Positions 1 to 10,246 of a DNA stretch of 64,000 nucleotides are shown in pieces; the first letter of the stretch is position 1, and each line of letters starts with the position of its first letter. Below the pieces are notes generated by a model. The model was not told where the DNA came from, made no database searches, and saw nothing but the letters and a program-made list of their open reading frames with translations. Origin of the DNA: Antedon mediterranea (Eukaryota > Animalia > Echinodermata); assembly GCF_964355755.1 (NCBI RefSeq), contig NC_092674.1, positions 1,922,001 to 1,986,000 on the forward strand, read 5' to 3'. The translations under genes were made by a program, and so were the position numbers.

Positions 1-1298
1 AGATGGACATACCCAGTGGTTCGTACACTCCATGATTCAATCACTTTTATGTCGGTTCGGTGGGGTTTTCTATGTTTTTTTTTTAGGTTTCCAGGGGTTT
101 GCGGGGGTTTAGCAATACCCTGTTTTTCCCGCCAAATTGGACGCCATATTGGATTCTGGCATGATGATGTCATCGTATCGACTTGATTCATCAACTACTA
201 TGAGAAGTAGTTATTAAAGTAAGCCTCTACTAATTTTAATCATTAAAACACAACTGCAAGTAACAAAAACTGTTAATTGATTTTCCCTATCCCCTATATA
301 TAGGTATTTGTGTATGTTAATAGGAATTTGTGTGTGTTATATAGGCCAAAATTTAAAAGTGCCAAAAAAAAATTTCCCCAAGACCCTGGGATGGGGATTT
401 TTTTTCGGACATTCTATATGGTATACTCTATTAGAAAAACCCCAAAAAAATTTTCCTATACTTTTTTCCCGCAAATGTGTATAATAATTGTTCTGCACCC
501 AGGCTAGTAAGGTGTTTACAAAGGGTACAATATTTACAAAAGACCTATAGAAATCAGGTAACACTTGAAACATTAATGATCAACAATAAAACGTATGATA
601 ATCCGGCACTTAGCACGGGGTTGTGAAACGGCTCTTTTCAATCAGGATGGGGGTCATCAACAATTTAGCACGACGCATACCAGTGAACTAAATATATATA
701 AATAATTGAAAAAATAAAATGTCCTTATCCGCACAAACTCATCGAAATGTGAATTATTTTATCTCGAAATGTGAATTATTTTATCATTTTGATGAACACC
801 GCCCTCACACTCACTATGTACTCAAGACGGTGATAGAAGGTTTGCACGCATTGGTGTGTATAGAATCATAATTTTCAGATTAAACTGGATTTTTTTAAAC
901 ATTTTTGCACTATACGTATTTTTTGTTTACAAATTACGGAATTAGTAAGGTAAGAATATAGGTAAAATCATACACTGGTGGTTGGTATACTATGTTTTGT
1001 AATAATTAAATGTTCCGACTTATGTAACATTACTCGATCAAGACATTGACCTTTGGAATACCCACCAGCTGAGAGGTGACGGTGCATTATGATCATGAAC
1101 TACACAGGTTGAGAGAGAGGTGCAAAAATGGATCAATTATCCTTACAATAGAAAGTGCTTTTAAACGTCATTTATATTGACTAATTTTTGGCCTACTAGT
1201 ATTAAATGTTTTGAAAATTGTTTTTTCCAAGATAATCTATAGGCCCACACACAAATAAAAATAAACATTTTTTTTTATTTTGGCAGCTAGGAAACAGA

Positions 1299-4200
1299 AT
1301 GGTATCTCTTAAAGGAAGCATTTGCATTGTCACTGGTGCAACAAGAGGAATAGGTAAAGGAATTGCCTTGCAACTTGGACAAGCTGGAGCAACTGTTTAT
1401 ATAACAGGTCAGATACAGGATTTTAAAATAGTGGGTGAGGGGGAAAGACCAAAAAGAGCTAAACCTAACATACATAGACTAATTTTCTATCTTTTCCTAA
1501 TTGCATTGTAATTTGTAGGGTTGTCCCTGCTCCGACACCCCCCCCCCCCCAACACCCAGACACACATATATACTGTACACATAATACTTCAATTAAATTG
1601 CATGTACAGTACCAGTTGATTTTACTGTTTATTGCCTTTCTTCCTTACAGGTCGCACTCTTGACCCTAAACCTGGATGTTCTGTTGGTGGATCCCTAAAA
1701 GAAACCGCAACTGAGGTATGTCCTAAGATTTATTATAGAGCTTATATATAGGGTGCAAACTCTCAAAGTCATTCCCAACAAGGCAGAAATCTGTTCAAAA
1801 ATGTAATAGCGGTAAATTAGAACTTAATAACAGAACATATCAGCACTTTCTGAACTGCATAAACATTGTAGTTCAGCCTCCAGCCAAACTATTTAAGCTC
1901 TTTTGTCATAATAACCCCAGTTGCAATTAACAAATTACATCCGGTAATAATTTTTACAATTACTAAAGCTTTGTCTACACTATCAAACTTTAAATGACAA
2001 AAAAATGTGATGTGCCATGGACATGATGATGTCGTATCACTACCATATTTGCGTATATCACTACCATATTTGGGCACATCACACTCTTTTTGTCAAACAA
2101 GTTTGACAGAGCCTTAAATATTATATAAAATTATCCACTTATAATCAAACTTTAGATTGAGAGTAGAGGAGGTAAATGTATACCTGTGAAGTGTGACCAT
2201 AGTGACCATGAGCAGGTTAAGAAGCTGTTTCAACAAGTCAAATCAGAACAAAATGGACGCCTTGATGTTCTCGTCAATAACGCCTACTCGGGAGTTAATG
2301 TAAGTACTTACATCTTATTTGATAACTGAAACTTTCTTATTTCACATCTTGTAAAATTAAAATATCAAGAAACATTTATGAAACCTTTGTCAGACAATAG
2401 AGGGCACTATAACAATTATAAAAATTAAATCAAACTAAAGATTGTGCTATTTAAAAAATGCAGCATAGCGCAACAAAATTAGTAATTTTATCTTAACGTA
2501 ACATTTAATTGGGGATGGGGTTTTTTTCAATATCCAAAACAATCCGAAAAAATATTTATTCAAAATATTAAACTCTGTGTACACTATCAAACCAGGGAGT
2601 TGTAACAACTCCTGGATAAAACTAGTTTCACAAAAAAAGTGGTAGTGATATGACATCATCATGTCCATATATGGGCACATCACATTTTGTTGTCACATAA
2701 AGTTTGATAGTGTAGACAGAGCCTTAAGTTATACATAGCTTTCATCAGCTGGTGTATTTGTGTATTTTTATTTGGATATTGTTATTTGATAGGCAATTTT
2801 TTCAAGCATTGGTAAGCCATTCTGGGAACAAGGTGACGAAATGTGGGACATTGTGAATAATGTAGGATTAAGGTGAGAATCCAATAATGTAGGATTAAGG
2901 TGAGAATCCAATAATGTAGGATTAAGGTGAGAATCCAATAATGTAGGATTAAGGTGAGAATCCAATATACATTAAAGAATTAAACATAACACTGATTGAG
3001 CAGTTTAAGTAATTATAATTCAGTCTGTGTTTGTAGAAACAGATGTTTCAGAAACAGCCATTTGGCATCTTATCAATCATAATGACCTGGCATTGGTTAA
3101 CACAATCAACTTCCTTAACATACCTTCTGAGGTATCCATGAAACCACCAACAAAGGGGATTAATAATAAAACTCGTAATTGCTCGGTTTTAACATTTTTG
3201 GCAAGGGTACTATGACCTGTAAAAACTAATTATAAAGGCGGTATTTATACTGGTCCTCAAGCTTAACTGGAAACTGAGGAAATTTGGATTAGGCCCTCCA
3301 CGGACCCACGGCTGTACCAGATCAGCACACCAGGTTTGTAGATGAGAGGAACTAACCCTACTCTCCCAGTATCTGCAGTTTTTGGAGTTCAATGTTTGTT
3401 GCCATGGTGTATGTCTTGACTTAAGTCAGTTCTCTATGGTAATTAAAAATAAAGAGAATGATCTGTTTTGTTTTTATAGAGGGCACTATTTGGCTGCTGT
3501 GGAGGCAGCTAAACTAATGACTCCTGCTAAGAAGGGACTAATAGTGAATATCTCATCCCCTGGTGGTATGCGCTATTTATTCAATGTTGCATATGGTGTC
3601 GGCAAAGAAGCGGTATGTTTAAAGAACATTTTATGTGACAAAAAAATGCCCATAATATGGATATATGATGACATAACATTATCAATACCATATTTGGGCA
3701 CATCACATTTTTTTTGTGAAACTAGTTTGATAGTGTAGACAGAGCTTTAATCATGAATGGTTTCTATATAATTATAGACTTTATACTTGTTTCTGCTTTA
3801 CTAAAATATCAGGCAATTATTTTAGGCTAAGTGTAACTAATTTGCAACAGAAAACAGTTAGGATCTAAGGAAAAATAAATTAAATAAAGCTCTGTCAACA
3901 TTATCAAACTTTATGTGACAAAAAATGTGATGTGGCCATATATGGACATTATGATGTCATATCACTGCCATATTTGGGCATATCACTACCATAATTGAGC
4001 ACATCACACTTTTTTTCAAACTAGTTTGATAGTGTAGACAGAGCTTTTAAAAGTCATCAATTTTGATTTTTAACCTAGTGTGATAGAATGGCTGCAGACT
4101 GTGCTGTTGAGTTAAAGAAACACAACGTGGCATTTGTATCATTATGGCCTGGCCCTGTACCTACAGAAACAGTCATGGATAAGATAGAAGATACATCAAT

Positions 4201-5051
4201 AAATACTGTAAGTTAATTTAAATTATTCTGTTCCTCTATTTACGTAATTTGAATATTATTTTGACTGTATATTAATTATTTCTATGTTGCCTTTATAACG
4301 ATCAAAGAACTATACATGAAACCTAACTATAATCTAACATGTTCTTTACCATGGTGCCACCATAATGTTGAGAGTATATTAGGATTACCAATTTAATTTA
4401 ATCAGGGAGACGTAACATATTTTACATCTTTCTGATTTAATTTAACAATTTGTAGATAGGCTAAGGTACAATGTCTTTTTTTTAAATAAAATTAATTTTG
4501 CCATCAAATATTAGACAATAAAAAAGTTTTCTATCACTTAGAACATGAAATCTTCATTTGCAAATGGTGAAACTATTGAATTTCCTGGTATATGCATTGC
4601 CCACCTAGCTGCAGGTAAATATACAACTTCTATAAGCAAGTTTTATCAAACACACAACCATTTTTTGTTGTAATTTTATGACTACTCTCGAACACACTTG
4701 AAAATCAAAATGTATACAGGACCGTCTCTATCCAGGTAAAATTCCTAAATATATTACCTGTATTTATTTTTATCATAATTGTAACTGGACTCTATCCAGG
4801 TAAAAATCCTGAACTAGATTATTGTTTTTGTTACAGATCCAAAGATTATGAAGAAAACAGGTCGAATTCTATTTACCACAGACATCGCTGAAGAATATGG
4901 ATTTAGAGATGTTGACGGGAAAATGCCACCTAACTACCGCAGACTTAAAGATGTACTGTCTGTGTACCACCATCCGTGGCTGGCAGCCTGTACACCGAGT
5001 TTCTTTAAAGTCCCATGTTGGGTACTTGCGTGTGCAACACACAAGTTCTAA
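1299..5051 (+). CDS. DHRS1: Dehydrogenase/reductase SDR family member 1-like; join(1299..1407,1651..1715,2156..2299,2793..2872,3480..3612,4079..4207,4542..4614,4837..5051), 315 aa
   Basis: Eight exons with GT-AG boundaries splice in phase to 948 nt. SDR motifs present: TGATRGIG (Rossmann), LDVLVNNAY, IVNISS, catalytic YGVGK, VSLWPG. DHRS1-typical segments include RGGKCIPVKCDHS, KPFWE, NNVGLRGHY and YGFRDVDG. Candidate AATAAA at 5417-5422; possible 5'UTR exon donor GTAAGA at 950. Confidence 0.93.
1967..2114. mobile_element. MITE family A copy (PIF/Harbinger-like)
   Basis: Family TIR is AGCTCTGTCTACACTATCAAACT with an internal ATATCACTACCATATTTGGGC unit; the right TIR is partly deleted here. 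Confidence 0.85.
2571..2724. mobile_element. MITE family A copy with a 24-bp palindromic insertion
   Basis: Both TIRs recognisable, flanked by TTA/TAA; insert at 2592-2615. Confidence 0.85.
2856..2967 (+). repeat. 27-bp tandem repeat x4 spanning a DHRS1 exon end and 5' splice site
   Basis: AATAATGTAGGATTAAGGTGAGAATCC at 2856, 2883, 2910 and 2937, all identical, plus a partial AATA. Confidence 0.97.
3629..3746. mobile_element. MITE family A copy (left TIR missing)
   Basis: Internal sequence plus right TIR AGTTTGATAGTGTAGACAGAGCT followed by TTA. Confidence 0.85.
3888..4045. mobile_element. MITE family A copy, full length
   Basis: Both TIRs present, two internal 21-bp units. Confidence 0.9.
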
Positions 5052-6781
5052 TACACCATGAGGCATACATTACAGTTCTCATCAGCACCTTTATTTTACA
5101 AAAAAAAACAAAGATGAACTTTTTTTATGCATGGCTGTATTTGGGCAGCTGATGAGAACCGGTCATACTATTTCCCATGACCGTTTGATAGAAGCTGGTG
5201 TTAAAAAAAATTTACCAAAACAGTATTACACAGGCATATTCGACTGGTCAGTGCTTGTAAACACCTTGCAGTGATTACTCCCTTTGCTTGCAACACAGCG
5301 AGGAATTTGAAAAGGTCACTAGATTTGCTGATTATCTGCTTAAAACAGCCCAGTCGAAAATGCCTAATAATAATATTTGAATGAAATTACTTAAGTAATT
5401 TTTTTAACGAAATTTTAATAAAAGTGTATAATTTTAAATCAATATTAAATTAAGAGAGTTGTTAATAATTATTTATAATTATCAATATAGATAGGCTTAG
5501 GTAGGCCTACATTTTGGGCATTGGCCTAGAGTAGGCCTAACACTAACAGTCAGTTAAATTAAATTTGGTAACTTAAAAATGTAAAAACTATTCCTTCCAG
5601 CAAATAAAATATGGTACACAATAGTCAATGGACAATAGGCTACTACTAATTTGTCTTATAGGCCTATCATATGTCGAACCTCACTAACTTTTCAGCAAAT
5701 ATGAAAAAGTTTAAAGCCTAGAATAATATTGATAAATGTAGGCCTCTGACCTCAGCATTGCAAATCACCCTTTTAAATTTGCCTCTCACTCACACCACTG
5801 CGCGCCAAAGAAAACCAATCCTAATTGGACCTCACTTTATAGTGAAAAGTAGGCTGACTGACGGCTGTAAAATTAATTTTAAAATAGTAGGCCTACCTTC
5901 CTGTTTTCTGCAAACACTACATACGGCCTTACTACATACTGCACTTTCATTCTTGTTCCATAAATATTATTAAATCATAAACCTTTTTCTTCCATGATGT
6001 GAGATGGTATATTCTTTGGCGGTAAGTACACAGCCATCCATGTGGACGTGTGAACGCCTGCTTCCACCCGGCACACCTGTGCCACCTGTGCTGCAGCCAA
6101 ACACATGCAGCAGCAGCCTGTTACGTTGTTGATGATCTAACTTTTCTATGTTGCGCCCTCTTTCGATTTGAAGGATAAAATTAATAACAGCCAGTTAATG
6201 GCCGGCTTCTTCCGATATGTTTTTAGCCGCTGGTGTGGTGAAAAGTGATGTCAATGTGATTTTATCTTTTAAATTGTTGGTTAATTAGTTACATAACATA
6301 TGTTATGGATCGATCCTATGTTATAATAATTAGTTACTTAGTAAAGGTGTTAAAATAAAATGTAGCTAGTTTAACATTATGTATTAGTACTGAAAATGTC
6401 AGCTAGATTCCTAGGCTGCTGGACACCTAGGCTAGTCTATACTAGGCCTAGTAGGCTAGGCCTAGTTTAAGTGGTTTGTCCGCTGTTTTTCCCTGAAATC
6501 ATCATCCCTCACTAGTAGGCTAGGCGGCGAAACTGCATTAGCGCCGGCTAGGCTAGGTCCGGTACTATGTTTAGGCTATTTGAAGAGGGCCTACGGAAAC
6601 CAGTTATTTATGTTTGCATAATAATAATAATAATTTCTCACTAATTACGTTGGTTAGGGGTGAGGGGAGGGTCTAATAATAATAAAATATTTCATATATT
6701 ACTATTATTCCTAGAACAGAATAAAATAATATTTAATACAGTATGTTTTTGTTTACTTCTAGATTTTCATAAAAATAAATC

Positions 6782-9228
6782 ATGGGAAACCATAAAAAGA
6801 AGTCCAGGCGTCGTTCACGATCACGTAGCAGAAGTAGTGATGATCGAAAATCACGACAGAAATCCAGAAAATCACACAAAAGATCATCTTCATCGAGTAG
6901 TGATTCATCTCACCGGTACAGCCGCTCATCTAGACGCAGGTCACGTTCACACTCCCCATCTAGGCGTAGGTCTCGAAGTAGATCCCGGGAGGAAAGACGA
7001 AGACACAGAAGATCACGTTCAAATAGCAGAAGTAGAAGGTGGGTTTGATATCAGCATTGTGTGGTTTGAGGGCGACTTGCTCCTAGTTCTGGTGGAGAAA
7101 TAAGTCTTCTCGGATAAGTACTATAAACCATTGGTCCAGTGTACACAGTTGTAACCCGTGTGCACCTTAAAGAACCCAGTTCATCATTTGAGATGAATTA
7201 GGGGTTACTCTGGTGTACTGGTTCACAAAATATCTCCCGTATCAGTGATTGCCGCCTATCTAAGGACAGTGATTAATTTACTTTTGGTAATCCTTGACCA
7301 CATGCGCCTAAAGACATAAAATAAAAGTTACTTTTATTTTGTAGATCTCATTCTAGGAGGCGGTCAAGAAGTCATTCACGTAGTCTTCATCGGGAACGGC
7401 GACGGCGGAGCCGTTCTAGCAGCCGTTCCCATCATTCGTCAAGGAAATGCTCTCCGTCAGAGAGAGATAAAGTGAAGGGTAAGCACGCTAAGGACGAAAA
7501 ATCTAGCTCTGATCCGGTAAGCATAGCTTCTTAGCTTTGACAACTGCAGATCCTGTGTGAACTGTCAACTTTGCTTCATTCTTCACACAAACTTGTGTAA
7601 AAACAATCAAACAATCAATGATGATTGAACGAGTTGTGCTGTATACATCAGTCTCGTGAATAAATAAAGTTTATAATATACTTGTAACCATTCTACAAAC
7701 AAAATACTCTTTGGAAAAAAAATGCCGATTTTCAGTTTCAGTAGAAAGTGTTATTCAGAATGTGTTTAAAATTATTGAAATAAAGTTAAATTGTTTGTTA
7801 TTGTTTGTTTTTTTGTTCATGTAATAATTTGTATAAATCTTGTTTAAATTCCCAGATATATTAAAGTAACTAGACCAACTTCCATAATATAATACCATTC
7901 TAACCTAACATTCCTTTTTTTAACAAACATCTGCAGAATAGTTTAATCCTATCAAGTTGATAGATAATGACAATTATATTTATTTATATATATTTATTTC
8001 CTCTGCAGGCACCATCAGATGTGTTGAAGTCCAAGATGCAAAAGGCGCTTGAGAATGCATCAGGGTCTGCTGCAGGTAATGCATTTAATTACAGTGATTG
8101 ATACAGGGTTGAAATAGAGGAGCCAGGCCAGTGCTCAATAATTCCTTTATTTTTTAGTTCCTACAGAAGGTACTTCCAGCACACACAGAGAAATAGATGA
8201 AGATGATCCTGACATGAAGAAGGAACTAAAACGACTAGATAAGGACAGTTTCCGACAAGCAGCTTTCAAATCATCTCGTTGGGATCTCAATGCACCAAAG
8301 GTTCAAGAAAACTCTTTATTTTGGTTTTCAACAGTTTTTTTTTAAACGCTGTGTTATACTATGTGACTATAAGACATGATATGGACATGATGATGTCATA
8401 TCACTACCATATTTGGGCACATCACACTTTTTCGTCAAACTAGTTTGATAGTGTAGACAGAGCTTAAGAAAATAACAGTTTACTAATAATAATAATTGTT
8501 GTTAATTTTTCAGACAAGTTCTTCGACCAATAAACATATATCAATTGATCAAAGCCATGACTCCGCAATCTTCGGCGGGTCAGCTATGAACGGATCGACA
8601 CATCAGATATTACAGCATCCTAATATTGCTGCTATTCTCTACAGGCCTAATTGGAAATTAACATGTGAAAGTGTAAGATAACTTTACTTTTACAATTATT
8701 ATATTGCTAAGACTTTAACAAAAAAACAATGGTATTAGTGTAGCAAACTCTATGCATACTGTATTTGTGCACTGATGTAGCCACGAGAATAAAAAGGGAA
8801 CAATCTGTGTTCAAGTTACTGGGTTGTCAAAGACCTCTGAAAAAGTGATCAGGTTGAAACCTTACCAACCATACTGGTGGCTACGGCCCTGTTGTATGAT
8901 AACTGCTTCACTTCCTATCTGAAGGACAAGGCTGTGGCATCTTACAAACAAGATAGCACAGACTGACTTCTCATTCATCATACATGCCAGTCCTTGCCTA
9001 ACCTAACCTCTTCAGGCCTTGTGGTCCATAATGCTGCAAAGTCCATAACAAATAATGATACAAATCATGCTCAAATACATTAGTTTTTTTTGGTGTAAAT
9101 TTTCTAATATGGAAATATTAAATTTATTTCAGTTGAGAGCCTCACCAAAGGAGAAGATGGATCGTTGGATTGACAGGCTGCAGATGTGGAGAAGAAAACG
9201 AATAGAAGAGGCTGAAGGTGCCACTTGA
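6782..9228 (+). CDS. RSRC1: Serine/arginine-related protein 53 (RSRC1-like); join(6782..7038,7345..7516,8009..8075,8158..8300,8514..8672,9133..9228), 297 aa
   Basis: Phase-consistent exons total 894 nt. The N-terminal RS/His domain is followed by KSKMQKALENA, ELKRLDKDSFRQAAFKSSR and C-terminal MDRWIDRLQMWRRKRI. These resemble recalled RSRC1 segments (ARLQLVLEAA, EAIESDSFVQQTFRSSK, EKWFKRLIALRQERL). The donor at 8301 (GTTCAA) is weak. Candidate ATTAAA at 9638-9643. Confidence 0.8.
7073..7326 (+). mobile_element. Deu/Nin-domain SINE, 5'-truncated, filling most of an RSRC1 intron
   Basis: Aligns along its length with 35780-36052. The core GTCTTCTCGGATAAG.ACTATAAACC..GGTCC...TAAAGAACCC...AGGGGTTAC.C.GGTG resembles the recalled Deu-domain consensus. 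A-rich tail. Confidence 0.8.
8360..8464. mobile_element. MITE family A copy (partial)
   Basis: Right TIR intact and followed by TAA; left end decayed. Confidence 0.8.
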
Positions 9229-10246
9229 AATTTATAAAGAAAAATAAATTAGAAATGTATAGTAAAATACAACTATTCTACAACTGAAGCTTTAACATTG
9301 GTTAACAAAAGAATAGTGGAGTTGAAGACACTCAATATTGATTGCTAAGTTATATTAGTATCATCAGCGGTTAGCAGCTTAAACTCCGTACTTTGCAGAA
9401 ATTGTGAAGTAAGTTCGTTCTGCTTCAGTGAATAAGGGACATGTCAGACATTGGACTACTTTAACCTAACTTATTAATACTATTCCAGCCATTTGCTGTT
9501 TCTACTTTGTGGTGTAGTGATTATACAACATGCATTGATTTAATCTGATATAAACATCCAGATACAATGAAGATTGGTTATAACCTTTAATTTACACTAC
9601 AGTATCTGTATATTATTTGTATAATGTTGTTTATCTTATTAAAAGTTAAATGTCCGAATAACTAGTATATACGGGCGTTTTGATTATTTTTTTTAAAGCT
9701 CAAGTACTATATAGGTATGACACGCCGTGTGTGACAAAATTTACGTATATTAAGCCGAATCGCCGTCTATAATCTTTAATATCACAGTGCATATGCATCT
9801 ATTGTTTTTTGTTGAAAATACATAATTGATAGACCATCAGATCAAGGTTTTATTCAAATTATATTCATGTTAGTTCGGGAAATGAACAAGATGATGATGA
9901 AAAAAAAAGGTAAATTTAATTCAATTCACATTTATTTACTCATCGTTTATAAATATAATTTCATAGCATAAATGATGGCATAATAGCATGAAGATCTTTT
10001 TTTTCATCGCCATGATCGTAGTATGGCTGTGAGTATACAAAAAGTGCGATATTTGTGTTACTATACAAGTAAAAACCAACGCATTTCCTAGTTATTCAGT
10101 ATTTTATTTGTCAAAATAATCGTCATACAGTCTTATTACATATTTATTGCACTAGTTTCATTTTATAAATATACATTGTAATTAATTTGTTGTTTTAATA
10201 AATATGTCAACAATAATCACTTGTTACTGTTAAATAATAAGATCAT

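Noticed and set aside
2768-2965. Minus-strand ORF with repeated DSHLNPTLL; also a CRISPR-like look
   Set aside because: It is the antisense reading of the 27-bp tandem repeat. There are no spacers and the context is eukaryotic.
4726-4810. Duplicated CTCTATCCAGGTAAAA with AG|GT in the last DHRS1 intron
   Set aside because: Short local duplication; the intron is too small to need recursive splicing and there is no supporting evidence.
2874-5365. Selenocysteine read-through of the repeat TGA using the DHRS1 3'UTR hairpins
   Set aside because: DHRS1 is not a known selenoprotein, and I could not identify a SECIS core in the hairpins.
6660-7103. 147-aa plus-strand ORF
   Set aside because: Alternative frame overlapping the low-complexity RS exon of RSRC1.
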